From Gammaproteobacteria bacterium (GTDB lineage Bacteria > Pseudomonadota > Gammaproteobacteria > Eutrophobiales > Eutrophobiaceae): DNA of 64,000 nucleotides. Below, one piece after another: positions 21,062 to 31,003 of the stretch; within the stretch, counting starts at the first letter, position 1; each line of letters begins with the position of its first letter. The DNA lies in contig CBDAPU010000001.1 in assembly GCA_965198875.1 (NCBI GenBank), positions 643,146 to 707,145 on the forward strand, given 5' to 3'. The position numbers were made by a program, and so were the translations under genes. Under the pieces are notes generated by a model. The model ran no database searches. It worked only from the letters and a program-made list of their open reading frames with translations, and was not told the origin of the DNA.

Positions 21062-21777
21062 ATGATCTCACACCTAAAAACACCATCAGCTTCAAACTAT
21101 CGGGGCGCTATGCCTTGTTCACTGACCCCGTCACCCGAATTGGCGGCGAGAAATGCAGCTACCATCTCCCCACCTATGAAGCCTTAAAGGGCATTCTTAA
21201 ATCCATTTACTGGAAGCCGACGCTGATCTGGGTGGTCGACAAAGTGCGGGTGATAAAACCGATTCGCACCCAGACCAAAGGCACCAAGCCTCTGGTTTGG
21301 CAAGGCGGTAACAGCCTCGCCATTTACACCTTTCTGCATGAAGTGGAATACCAGGTGCAGGCGCATTTTGTCTGGAATGAACATCGTCCTGAACTGGCAG
21401 CAGACCGCATCGACGGCAAACATTACAACATTGCCAAACGTATGTTGGAGAAAGGCGGCAGGCAGGATATTTTTCTCGGCACCCGTGATTGTCAGGGCTA
21501 TGTTGAACCCTGCCAGTTCGACGAGGGTACAGGTGCCTACGATGATCTGGGTGAACTGAGTTTTGGTTTGATGTTTCACAGCTTCGACTACCCCGATGAA
21601 ACCGGCGTGAATGAACTGCACAGTAATTTCTGGCGGGCACGCATGTGCAAGGGGACTGTCGATTTTCCACTGCCGGCGGACTGCGACCACAAGCGACCTG
21701 TCCGCAAGATGGAACCGAAACCCTTTGCATTAAACAAAAACCTGAAAAATGTTGCACAGCAGGAGACTGAATTATGA
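21058..21777 (+). CDS. cas5: Cas5c (module 1)
   Basis: Cas5d-family N-terminus (YHLPTYEALKGILKSIYWKP). Its start overlaps the cas3 stop (ATGA). Confidence 0.85.
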   Translation: MNDLTPKNTISFKLSGRYALFTDPVTRIGGEKCSYHLPTYEALKGILKSIYWKPTLIWVVDKVRVIKPIRTQTKGTKPLVWQGGNSLAIYTFLHEVEYQVQAHFVWNEHRPELAADRIDGKHYNIAKRMLEKGGRQDIFLGTRDCQGYVEPCQFDEGTGAYDDLGELSFGLMFHSFDYPDETGVNELHSNFWRARMCKGTVDFPLPADCDHKRPVRKMEPKPFALNKNLKNVAQQETEL

Positions 21778-23822
21778 GTTGGATGGCAACGCTGTATAAA
21801 ACCTATGAGCAGGCGCTGGAGCTGGACTTGCCGGAAGATGAAAAATTGATGCCAATCAGCCACACCAGGCAAAATGCTCATATTAACGTTGTGCTAGATC
21901 AGAGCGCAAGTTTTGTTAGGGCAAAAGTATTGTTCAAACACCCTGTTGTGGTTCCCGCAACCGAAGACTCTGCAAGTCGAACAGGAAAGAAGCCACCTCC
22001 GCACCCTCTTCACGACAAAATTCAATATATTGCTGGTGATTACGCAGCATTTGGGGGTAAGAAACCGCCATTTTACGATGACTATATAGAGTTGCTTAGA
22101 AACTGGTGTAATTCGGATTATAGTGATGAACTAATAGAGATTGTTCTTAATTATGTTGAAAAAGGTCGGCTGGTTTTTGATTTAATAGACGTAGGAATTT
22201 TGGCTTGCGATGAAAAAGGCAAGTTGATTACACCTGAAAAAATCGATCAGGTTAAAGAAAAATATCCTATCTTTAAATCAATACCGAAAGACCAACAAAA
22301 AGGCTACTTTGATCAGGGGGTTGCTGTTGTTTGCTGGTCAGTTGAAATTCCTGGTCGCCCTGGGAGTGACATTTGGAAAGAGCGCGTTATATCTAAAAAG
22401 TGGGTTGAGTATGACGCTTCCACTGCTGGTTTAGAAGGGGTCTGTTCAATAACTGGCGATTTCGGACCGATCAGTTTAAAGCACCCCTCAAAAATAATTC
22501 CTTCAGTACCAGGAGCAAAGCTTTTGTCGAGTGATGACATTAATGGTTTCACTTATAGGGGAAGATTTACCGATACAAAAATATCAAAAAAAGAAACTGG
22601 ACTTCAAGCATGTAATGTTGGCTTTTTAACCAGTCAAAAAGCGCACAACGCCCTGCGTTGGCTCATTGGTGAGCGCAAGCAGGTTTATCGCAATGGTGAT
22701 CAGGTTGTTGTGATCTGGGCCATTTCAGGCAAGGAAACACCCTCAGCATTTGCCGAGCTTCCCTTATCCTTTGATGAACCCTTTGAACTGAATGATGCAG
22801 GCATCACCGACAACACGAACCTGGACGCCAAGCCCGATATCTCGGTTGGGCTGGGTCAGCAGCACGGCATTGCCTTACAGCGCTATATGAAAGGCTACTA
22901 CCAGGATTTTAAAGACACGCCGACCGAAAGCATCGTCGTCATGGGCCTCGATTCCGCCACACCCGGACGCATGGCGATTACCTACTATCGGGATTTTATG
23001 GCGATGGATTATCTCGATATGACCAACCGCTGGTATCAACACCTTGTCTGGTTCCAGCGGGTTGTTAAAGAATATATCAACTCAAAAGGGAAAAAATATA
23101 CAAAGGTACGCTGGTGGCCGGGAACGCCCACACCCTGGGCTATCATGAATTGTTGTTATGGCGACATTATTAAAAGCAATGAATCACTCAAGAAACAAGT
23201 CACCGAGCGACTGCTGCCCTGTATCGTTGAGAACAAACCCATCCCTGAAGACCTGCTGCGCCTGGCCGCTCGCCGTGCCAGCAACCCGAACAGTGGGGAA
23301 CAATGGGAATGGGAAAGAAACCTGGGCGTGGCCTGTGCGCTTTACCGAGGCTTTCACCACCCCGACAGACAACCCAACCCAACTCAACAGAGGAACTACG
23401 ATATGGCCCTGGATTTAGAAAACACCTCAAGAGACTACCTGTTTGGCCGCCTGCTGGCCATTGCCGATAAAATTGAACGGGTTGCGCTAAGTTTGCGCGA
23501 TGAAAACAGACCCACGGCGTCGCAGCGGCTGATGCAGCGCTTTGCCGACCGGCCAAGCTCCACTTGGGAGAATATCGATAAACAACTGACACCCTACAGG
23601 CTACAGTTGCAAGTGTCTCGAACGGGCTTTTTAGTCAATAGAGAGAAAGAACTGGATGCGGTAACCGACTTATTTCGACCCGATGACTTTACCCGTGACG
23701 CCCCCCTAAGCGCTGAATACCTGCTGGGCTTTCACAGCCAACGTCTCGCGTTACGACCATCCGAGCAACAAGACGACAAACCAACTGACCAATCCACCGA
23801 CTCATCAACCCAGGAGGACTAA
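21774..23822 (+). CDS. cas8c: Cas8c large subunit (module 1)
   Basis: 682-aa protein between cas5c and cas7. Its C-terminal MALDLENT...GRLLAIADKIE helical region is shared with the second paralog. Confidence 0.8.
   Translation: MSWMATLYKTYEQALELDLPEDEKLMPISHTRQNAHINVVLDQSASFVRAKVLFKHPVVVPATEDSASRTGKKPPPHPLHDKIQYIAGDYAAFGGKKPPFYDDYIELLRNWCNSDYSDELIEIVLNYVEKGRLVFDLIDVGILACDEKGKLITPEKIDQVKEKYPIFKSIPKDQQKGYFDQGVAVVCWSVEIPGRPGSDIWKERVISKKWVEYDASTAGLEGVCSITGDFGPISLKHPSKIIPSVPGAKLLSSDDINGFTYRGRFTDTKISKKETGLQACNVGFLTSQKAHNALRWLIGERKQVYRNGDQVVVIWAISGKETPSAFAELPLSFDEPFELNDAGITDNTNLDAKPDISVGLGQQHGIALQRYMKGYYQDFKDTPTESIVVMGLDSATPGRMAITYYRDFMAMDYLDMTNRWYQHLVWFQRVVKEYINSKGKKYTKVRWWPGTPTPWAIMNCCYGDIIKSNESLKKQVTERLLPCIVENKPIPEDLLRLAARRASNPNSGEQWEWERNLGVACALYRGFHHPDRQPNPTQQRNYDMALDLENTSRDYLFGRLLAIADKIERVALSLRDENRPTASQRLMQRFADRPSSTWENIDKQLTPYRLQLQVSRTGFLVNREKELDAVTDLFRPDDFTRDAPLSAEYLLGFHSQRLALRPSEQQDDKPTDQSTDSSTQED
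23403..23822 (+). CDS. cas11: candidate nested cas11c (small subunit), translated from an internal in-frame start of cas8c
   Basis: Internal ATG with a GAGGA sequence 8 nt upstream. The MALDL(E/N)NT start is conserved in both cas8c paralogs. This is inferred from published type I-C biology. Confidence 0.35.
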   Translation: MALDLENTSRDYLFGRLLAIADKIERVALSLRDENRPTASQRLMQRFADRPSSTWENIDKQLTPYRLQLQVSRTGFLVNREKELDAVTDLFRPDDFTRDAPLSAEYLLGFHSQRLALRPSEQQDDKPTDQSTDSSTQED

Positions 23823-23825
23823 ACC

Positions 23826-24749
23826 ATGAGCCTGAACCATAAAATAGACTTTGCCATTATCTTAAACGTGACTAATGCCAACCCCAATGGCGACCCGCTG
23901 AGCGACAATCGCCCCAGAACCGACTACGACGGTTACGGCGAAATATCCGATGTCTGCCTGAAGCGCAAACTGCGCGACCGACTGCAAGAGCAGGGGCAGG
24001 CAATATTCGTGCAATCGGATGAAAAGAAAACGGACGGCATGACCAGCCTGCAAAATCGTGCCTACTCAGATGAATTTGGTTTGGGTAAAGACACCTTTAA
24101 TTCGAGGAAAACCAGCCCGGATGACACAGCGCGAAAAGCCTGTGATAAATGGTTCGATGTCAGAGCCTTTGGGCAATTATTTGCGTGGGGTAAGGAAAAA
24201 GGCAACTCAGCTTCAGGTGTCTCAATACCCATTAGAGGGCCAGTGACCATTCAATCGGCATTCAGCACTGTGCCAATTAGTATCACCAGTTCTCAGATTA
24301 CAAAAAGTGTCAATGCACAAGAGCCCAAGAATAAAAAAAGCGCAAATACAGAAGAGTCCGATGAAAATGGAAACAGTGATATGAGCTCAGATCGAATGGG
24401 TATGAAACACCGGGTTGATAAGGCCGTTTATGTCGCCTATGGCGCAATGACGCCGCAACTGGCGAAAAAAACCCACTTTAGCGATACCGATGCAGACCGC
24501 ATCAAGGCGTTATTACCCAGACTATTTGAAGGCGATGCCTCCTCGGCCCGACCTGAAGGCTCCATGAGCGTGGACAAGCTGATCTGGTGGCAACACAACT
24601 GCAAATCCGGCCAGTACTCATCCGCAAAGGTACATAATACCTTGAAGGAACACATCAAAGCCAAAGGACGGTTAGACACATCCAGCCTGAAACAGGCACT
24701 CAGCGACAAGTTCAGTGATTTATCCCCTGAAATCATAGAAGGCTTTTGA
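23826..24749 (+). CDS. cas7: Cas7c (Csd2) backbone protein (module 1)
   Basis: N-terminus NANPNGDP...DVCLKRKLRD is typical of Csd2. Confidence 0.85.
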   Translation: MSLNHKIDFAIILNVTNANPNGDPLSDNRPRTDYDGYGEISDVCLKRKLRDRLQEQGQAIFVQSDEKKTDGMTSLQNRAYSDEFGLGKDTFNSRKTSPDDTARKACDKWFDVRAFGQLFAWGKEKGNSASGVSIPIRGPVTIQSAFSTVPISITSSQITKSVNAQEPKNKKSANTEESDENGNSDMSSDRMGMKHRVDKAVYVAYGAMTPQLAKKTHFSDTDADRIKALLPRLFEGDASSARPEGSMSVDKLIWWQHNCKSGQYSSAKVHNTLKEHIKAKGRLDTSSLKQALSDKFSDLSPEIIEGF

Positions 24750-24897
24750 TCTATAGTGTGATACCAGTCCTTTCCGGATAAATGAGCAGGGCTAAATCGC
24801 CTGATAGAATCGATAAACACAATGGTCAAGGCAGCAAACAGGATGGGGTAATGAATGCGATGAGGCGTCAACCTATAATGCCGCTTATGCACAGATT

Positions 24898-27207
24898 ATG
24901 ATGTCACTGGAAGGCAATTTAAGGACCCAATGCAACATGAAGATTGCACATGCAAAAAAAGACCATGCTGGAAAATGGTGTGAGCATGAATTAAGCCAGC
25001 ATCTGCAAAAAGTGGGTATTCTGTCTTCCACGTTTTCCAGCCATTTTGACAGCGGCGATTGGGCAAAAGCGGCAGGCGATTGGCACGACCTCGGTAAATA
25101 CCGCCCCCGGTTCCAAAATTATATACGCGATAAGTCCGGCTATGAGCGAGAAAATGCCCATGTAGAAACCACAGATCGCCCACGGCATTCTACCGCTGGC
25201 GCAATCCACGCCGTAGATCAATGGGGAGATTTTTATGGGCATATCATCGCCTACCTGATCGCCGGCCACCATGCCGGTTTGCCCGACTGGGCAGGCGGCC
25301 GGGGCGGGCTGTCCCACCGCCTGGAGGATACTGAAAGTCAGGATGAATATGAGGAGAGCCTTGAAGCTGCCGACGATTTTCCACTGCTCCATGCCAATAA
25401 GCCCGCATTGCCCGACTTTATTGATTCGCCTTATAAGTTCGCGTTATGGATGCGAATGATGTTTTCTTCGCTGGTGGATGCCGATTTTCTTGATACCGAG
25501 CAATTTATGGATCCATCAAGAACATTACAGCGAGGTGGCCGGGCGTCGTTCAATGAATTGCAGCAGCGCTTTGATGTCAAGATGGCGGAGTTAAAGACTG
25601 GCGCGGCGTCTTCACCCATGGCGATCATACGCAATGAGATACAACAGCAATGTCTCAAGGCGGCGGACTGGCGCCCCGGTCTCTTCAGCCTGACGGTACC
25701 GACGGGCGGCGGCAAAACACTGTCCAGTTTGGCGTTTGCGTTAAAACATGCCCGTATCTTCAATAAGCAAAGAATTATCTACGCTATCCCCTTTACCAGC
25801 ATTATCGAGCAGAACGCCGATGTTTTTCGTGATTTTCTTGGCGGCGATGATGCCGTACTGGAGCACCACAGCAATCTGGATGTGAGCGAGCAAAAAGAAA
25901 ACAGCCGCTCCAGGCTGGCCTCAGAAAACTGGGATGCACCAGTTGTCGTCACCACTAATGTCCAGTTGTTTGAGTCACTGCATGCAACGCGAACCAGCCG
26001 CTGCCGCAAGTTACACAACCTTGCCAACAGCATTATTATTCTGGATGAAGCACAGCAATTACCACGGGATTTTCATGCGCCCATTACGAAGGTCATGCAG
26101 CAGTTGGCGGATCATTACGGCGTGACCTGGGTCTTATGTACGGCCACTCAGCCCGTATTAACCGAGCAGCGCAGTGCTTTTAACCAGCTTCTCATGCAGG
26201 GGCTTAACCATGTCCGCGAGATTATCCAGCAGCCGGAAAGACTGGCGAAAAAACTGAACGCAAGAGTGCATGTGCAACTACCCGACCTCGGTGAACCGCC
26301 GCTATCCTGGACGGATTTGGCGGAAAAGCTGAGCGATGAAGAAGCCGTCTTGTGCATTGTCAATACCCGCCCGCAGGCACGGGAGTTATATGGACTCCTG
26401 CAAGATAAAGAGAATAGCGTACATCTTTCCGCGCAAATGTGCGCCGAGCATCGCTCCACATTGATCGAGCAGATGAAACAGCGCCTGCAAGCGAGAGTGG
26501 CCGGTGACAAGCGCCCGATACGGGTGATCAGTACGCAACTCATCGAAGCCGGTGTGGATGTCGATTTTCCGCTTGTCTACCGCGCCACGGCCGGGCTGGA
26601 TTCCATTGCCCAATCAGCAGGCCGCTGTAATCGGGAAAGTAACCTTGACGAACCGGGCAAGGTGATTGTTTTCAAGCCGGAAAAATCCAGCTTTGGGTTT
26701 TTGAGGCAGGCGGAAGATGCAACGCTTGAATTGTTGGCATGTGGACAACTGGATGAACCGCTATCACCTACGAGTTTTACCCGCTTTTTTAGACTGCTTA
26801 ACAGCAAAGGCAAACCAGACAAGCACGGCATTCTGGAATTGCTGCGTGCAAAGTGCTCTCGCGATGCACCCCTGGAAATTTATTTCAGAGAAGCTGCGGC
26901 CAAATTTCGCTTAATTGACGATAACGGCGTGTCGATTATCGTGCCCTATGTCCCTTTTGAGAAAAAAGCAAGTCCGATTCATGCGTGGTTGGCGCTGTTG
27001 GAAGAGGATGCGTCCAGAAAATGGGTTTATCGCAAGTTGCAACGCTATACGGTCACTCTGCCAGAATGGCAAGCAAACCAATTAGCTGAGTCGGGTTGTA
27101 TCGATACGGTAGCGGGGCTGCGGGTATTGCAGGACGGTTTCTATCATCCAGACCTAGGCATTTATACGCCTGATCTACAATTGTCGGGGCAGGAGTCCGT
27201 GCTATGA
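24898..27207 (+). CDS. cas3: Cas3 HD nuclease-helicase (module 2); probable start at 24937
   Basis: HD motifs (HDLGKY, AGHHAGL), TVPTGGGKT, DEAQ, and QSAGRCNR. Confidence 0.9.
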   Translation: MMSLEGNLRTQCNMKIAHAKKDHAGKWCEHELSQHLQKVGILSSTFSSHFDSGDWAKAAGDWHDLGKYRPRFQNYIRDKSGYERENAHVETTDRPRHSTAGAIHAVDQWGDFYGHIIAYLIAGHHAGLPDWAGGRGGLSHRLEDTESQDEYEESLEAADDFPLLHANKPALPDFIDSPYKFALWMRMMFSSLVDADFLDTEQFMDPSRTLQRGGRASFNELQQRFDVKMAELKTGAASSPMAIIRNEIQQQCLKAADWRPGLFSLTVPTGGGKTLSSLAFALKHARIFNKQRIIYAIPFTSIIEQNADVFRDFLGGDDAVLEHHSNLDVSEQKENSRSRLASENWDAPVVVTTNVQLFESLHATRTSRCRKLHNLANSIIILDEAQQLPRDFHAPITKVMQQLADHYGVTWVLCTATQPVLTEQRSAFNQLLMQGLNHVREIIQQPERLAKKLNARVHVQLPDLGEPPLSWTDLAEKLSDEEAVLCIVNTRPQARELYGLLQDKENSVHLSAQMCAEHRSTLIEQMKQRLQARVAGDKRPIRVISTQLIEAGVDVDFPLVYRATAGLDSIAQSAGRCNRESNLDEPGKVIVFKPEKSSFGFLRQAEDATLELLACGQLDEPLSPTSFTRFFRLLNSKGKPDKHGILELLRAKCSRDAPLEIYFREAAAKFRLIDDNGVSIIVPYVPFEKKASPIHAWLALLEEDASRKWVYRKLQRYTVTLPEWQANQLAESGCIDTVAGLRVLQDGFYHPDLGIYTPDLQLSGQESVL

Positions 27208-27428
27208 AAAACCATTGTTTCAATCCACATTCTGATGAACGAATTATTGATATTAACAATCCATTGAAATCGGATTCTATTGTGTAACCCATATCGCAAT
27301 GTTCATTTTCGAAAAATCTGTTTTGAAATGGTTCGCCTTTGTATTGAGAAAATGATGGCGCTGTTGATATCGATCCTGCGACACTTTACGCCTATGCCCA
27401 ACATCATCAAGAAAGGAAATAACACAAC

Positions 27429-28166
27429 ATGCCCAGCGAAGAACAATTTTGCCTGGAAGTCAGCGGCGACTTCGCCTGTTTTACCCGCCCGGAAATGAAG
27501 GTGGAGCGGGTGTCCTATGACGTGATAACGCCATCGGCGGCGCGGGGCATTTTTGAGGCCATTCTCTGGAAGCCCGCCATCCGCTGGCAGGTCGAGAAAA
27601 TTGAGGTGCTGAAACCCATCAAATGGGTCAGCATACGGCGCAATGAAATCGATTCGGTTTTAGCTGAGAGTAATATCAAAAAAGCGATGAAGGGCGGCGC
27701 TATGCCCGCCTTGTATATCGACGAAATTAAGCCAGATGGAAAACTGAAACATAGACAGCAACGCGCCGGTTTGTTTTTGCGCGACTTGGCCTATCGGCTT
27801 TATGCCCGTTTTCAGCTTCAGGATGACAGCGCTCATCAGCATCGTTTTCCACACCTGCACTGTGACGATGCGCCTTGTGAAAACAGCTATCCCAAGTTTG
27901 CCGACATGTTCAAGCGCCGTGCCCGCAAGGGTCAGTGTTTTAACCAGCCCTACCTGGGCACCCGGGAGTTTTCCGCCAGCTTCCGCTATATCGAGCCAGG
28001 CCATACAACGGAGGCACCTATCAAAGAAGACCGCGACCTGAGCTGGATGCTGTATGACATGGATTACAACAAGCCCGAAGACCCGCAACCCCTGTTTTTC
28101 AATGCCGTAATGGAAAATGGCATCGTCCGGGTTCCCGACAGAGAAAGCGGCGAGGTACGGGGATGA
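27429..28166 (+). CDS. cas5: Cas5c (module 2)
   Basis: YDVITPSAARGIFEAILWKP and KGQCFNQPYLGTREF are Cas5d-family motifs. Confidence 0.85.
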   Translation: MPSEEQFCLEVSGDFACFTRPEMKVERVSYDVITPSAARGIFEAILWKPAIRWQVEKIEVLKPIKWVSIRRNEIDSVLAESNIKKAMKGGAMPALYIDEIKPDGKLKHRQQRAGLFLRDLAYRLYARFQLQDDSAHQHRFPHLHCDDAPCENSYPKFADMFKRRARKGQCFNQPYLGTREFSASFRYIEPGHTTEAPIKEDRDLSWMLYDMDYNKPEDPQPLFFNAVMENGIVRVPDRESGEVRG

Positions 28167-29947
28167 TTTTACAATCACTGGTGGAATACTATGAGCGCAA
28201 CAAAACAAATCTTCCCAAGTTTGGGTTTTCGGATGTAGAAATTCCGTATTTAATTGTAATTGATCAGAACGGAAAGTTTATTGCCTTGCAAAGCACCAAG
28301 GAAAAGCAAGGCAAAAAAGAAAAAGCTCAAACTTATACGGTTCCCAGCCTGCCAAAAACGAGGAAAGCCAGTGTTGATATTGTGTCTCAAGGAAAAACGG
28401 CCGGAGTTTGCTGGGATCATTTTGGCTACCTTACCGGTCAGGCTAAACTGGACAAGAAATCTAATTCATACCTTCCAAAAGATATTGAATTAGCCGAAGC
28501 GCAAATGCAGGGTTTTAAATGCAAAATCGCAATGCTAAAAGAAGCACTGCCGAGTGTGGTTGAGCTAGAGGCGATACAGAAGTTTTATCTAAACGATGAG
28601 AACATGGAACAGTTGCGCGCTTCTGAAGAGTGGCCAAATTTAATAAAAAAAGATGGGCAATCCGTAGCATTTCGGTTAGCGGGCTCTGACCGATTGGCAT
28701 GTCAATCTGAAGAAGTTATTAACTATCTGCTTTCAAATATGGAGGAAGAAGAGGATGGTTTCTGCTTGGTAAAGGGCATTGAGTCTGAAATAGCCAGAAC
28801 ACATGAAGCAATCAAGTATATTGGCGGAACTAACCCTAAACTTGTTTCGTTTAATGAAAAGGCGTTCGAGTCCTATGGAAAAAAACAAAGTTTCAACTCA
28901 CCAATAAGTGCGCGCGCATCGTTTGAATACAGTACGGCACTAAACCATATGCTCAAGGACACCTCTCAAAACAAATTTAAAGTAGCGAGCAACGAATTTG
29001 TCTGCTGGTCGGAGCGTGGTTCAGCGTTGGAAGAATGGATGCCCGTCTTTATGAGTACAGATGACACCGAAGCAGGTATCAATGCCGTGGAAGGCTTGTT
29101 TGACAGCATCCACAATGGAGCCTATCAAAAGCCCGATGGCAAGGACCGCTTTTACTTGCTGGGGCTGGCCCCCAATTCTGCCCGCATCATGGTGCGCTTC
29201 TGGCAGGTGGGAACCGTTGCCCAGTTCTCTGAAAATATCGCCAAATGGTTTAAAGATATTGAGATTGATGGCGTGGAAAAATTTGGTTATCCACCACTCA
29301 AAGAATTGCTCAGCTCAACAGCACTGCAAGGCGAGGACGACAAAGTGCCGCCCAACCTGCCTGGCGCGGTAGTAACGGCCATCCTCAACGGCACACCTTT
29401 GCCTGATAGCTTAATGCAAGGGGTTATTCGTCGCATAAAAGCCGAGGCCGCCGTAAAGAAAGACAAAAAGACCAATAAACCGGTAGAGAATGTTTCACCC
29501 AACCGCGCCGCCTTGATCAAGGCGTGTTTGAACCGCCAGATTCGTCAATCACAACTATCATTAACGGAGCTTGCTATGGCACTTGATTTGAACAACACCG
29601 ATACCTCCTATGTGCTCGGCCGATGGTTCGCCACCCTGGAAAAAATACAGGAAGAATCACACCCGGGCATCAATGCAACCATTAAAGACCGCTATTACGG
29701 CGCGATCAGCAGCAATCCGGTCAACGTGTTTGGCATTCTTGATCGGCTCAAGAATCATCATTTAGCCAAACTTGAAAAAGGTCAACGCATCAACAAGGAA
29801 AGGCTGCTGGGCGAGATTGTCGGCAAGCTGCCTGCCCGGCTGCCCAATCGGCTGTCGTTATCGGAACAAGGCAGTTTTGCGGTTGGCTACTACCACCAGC
29901 GCCAGCACCTCTACCCCCAAGAAAAATCTGACCAGCCAACTTCTTAA
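28163..29947 (+). CDS. cas8c: Cas8c large subunit (module 2)
   Basis: 594-aa protein in the canonical position, with a C-terminal MALDLNNT...GRWFATLEKIQ region. Confidence 0.8.
   Translation: MILQSLVEYYERNKTNLPKFGFSDVEIPYLIVIDQNGKFIALQSTKEKQGKKEKAQTYTVPSLPKTRKASVDIVSQGKTAGVCWDHFGYLTGQAKLDKKSNSYLPKDIELAEAQMQGFKCKIAMLKEALPSVVELEAIQKFYLNDENMEQLRASEEWPNLIKKDGQSVAFRLAGSDRLACQSEEVINYLLSNMEEEEDGFCLVKGIESEIARTHEAIKYIGGTNPKLVSFNEKAFESYGKKQSFNSPISARASFEYSTALNHMLKDTSQNKFKVASNEFVCWSERGSALEEWMPVFMSTDDTEAGINAVEGLFDSIHNGAYQKPDGKDRFYLLGLAPNSARIMVRFWQVGTVAQFSENIAKWFKDIEIDGVEKFGYPPLKELLSSTALQGEDDKVPPNLPGAVVTAILNGTPLPDSLMQGVIRRIKAEAAVKKDKKTNKPVENVSPNRAALIKACLNRQIRQSQLSLTELAMALDLNNTDTSYVLGRWFATLEKIQEESHPGINATIKDRYYGAISSNPVNVFGILDRLKNHHLAKLEKGQRINKERLLGEIVGKLPARLPNRLSLSEQGSFAVGYYHQRQHLYPQEKSDQPTS
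29576..29947 (+). CDS. cas11: candidate nested cas11c (module 2)
   Basis: Internal in-frame ATG at 29576 with GGAG 8 nt upstream, encoding a 123-aa C-terminal helical domain. Confidence 0.35.
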   Translation: MALDLNNTDTSYVLGRWFATLEKIQEESHPGINATIKDRYYGAISSNPVNVFGILDRLKNHHLAKLEKGQRINKERLLGEIVGKLPARLPNRLSLSEQGSFAVGYYHQRQHLYPQEKSDQPTS

Positions 29948-29960
29948 ATCACCTACCTGA

Positions 29961-30833
29961 ATGAGGAGAAAAAACATGAGCCTGAATAACCGCTACGATT
30001 TTGTGTATCTGTTTGATGTCAAAGACGGCAACCCCAACGGCGACCCGGATGCGGGCAATATGCCGCGTGTCGACCCGGAAACCGGGCAGGGGTTAGTAAC
30101 TGATGTCTGCCTGAAACGCAAGGTGCGTAACTTTGTGGAAATGACCCAGGCGGACACGCCGAGACACAATATTTTTATTCGGGAGAAAGCCGTTCTTAAT
30201 AATCTGATTGCGGAGGCACACGAGCAGGAAGACGTTAAAGACAAGGAAAAAGGCGCGAGAACTGCCGCTGCGAGAGACTGGATGTGCGAGCAGTATTATG
30301 ACATTCGAGCCTTTGGCGCGGTCATGAGTACGGGAGTGAATGCCGGGCAGGTGCGCGGCCCCATCCAAATCACCTTCTCGCGCTCCATTGATCCCATCTT
30401 TGCCCAGGAGCATTCCATCACCCGCATGGCCGTTGCAACTGAGGCGGAAGCAGAAAAACAATCCGGGGACAATCGCACCATGGGACGCAAGGCAACCGTG
30501 CCCTATGGCCTGTATCGCTGCCACGGGTTTATTTCAGCACACCTGGCCGCCCAAACTGGCTTTGACGATGATGATTTAACATTATTCTGGCAGGCGTTAG
30601 GCAATATGTTTGATCACGACCGCTCCGCCGCACGCGGCGAAATGACCGCTCGCGGTCTCTATGTTTTCAAGCACGACAGCAAGCTGGGCAATGCCCAGGC
30701 CCACGCCCTTTTTGACCGCATCACAGTTTCCAGAGTAGCAGACGAAGCGCCCCGAGCGTTTACCGACTACCGGATTTCCGTCAACGAAGATGATATGCCC
30801 GCAGGCGTCCAACTGATCACTGAGTTCGCATAG
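29961..30833 (+). CDS. cas7: Cas7c (Csd2) (module 2); probable start at 29976
   Basis: MSLNNRYDF...GNPNGDP...[10 protein letters not shown]. Confidence 0.85.
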   Translation: MRRKNMSLNNRYDFVYLFDVKDGNPNGDPDAGNMPRVDPETGQGLVTDVCLKRKVRNFVEMTQADTPRHNIFIREKAVLNNLIAEAHEQEDVKDKEKGARTAAARDWMCEQYYDIRAFGAVMSTGVNAGQVRGPIQITFSRSIDPIFAQEHSITRMAVATEAEAEKQSGDNRTMGRKATVPYGLYRCHGFISAHLAAQTGFDDDDLTLFWQALGNMFDHDRSAARGEMTARGLYVFKHDSKLGNAQAHALFDRITVSRVADEAPRAFTDYRISVNEDDMPAGVQLITEFA

Positions 30834-30983
30834 CCTAGGGAGCCTCTGATTAATGTCTGCGAGGCAGTTAGTGCAAGGCAAAAATCAGCGAAAAAGCGCA
30901 GTTTATAGGCCATAAATGAGCATTTTGAGCTGATTTTTAACGCAGCAATAACAACGTAGGTAATTAATCAGAGGTTCCCTAGG
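30834..30983. repeat. MITE-like element: 21-bp inverted repeats (20 of 21 match) at 30834-30854 and 30963-30983 flanking a 108-bp core, between cas7 and cas4
   Basis: CCTAGGGAGCCTCTGATTAAT on one side and ATTAATCAGAGGTTCCCTAGG on the other, read directly from the sequence. Confidence 0.5.
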
Positions 30984-31003
30984 TTAAGTATTGATCACCC
31001 GAA

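Noticed and set aside
21184-21757. 168-aa and 186-aa minus-strand ORFs within cas5c-2
   Set aside because: They are antisense to a well-supported cas gene and Cys/Arg-rich, so spurious.
27216-27226. 11-nt exact reverse-complement match to the CRISPR repeat 3' end (GTTTCAATCCA) in the cas3-cas5c spacer of module 2
   Set aside because: It is too short to distinguish from chance, and no flanking repeat similarity is present.
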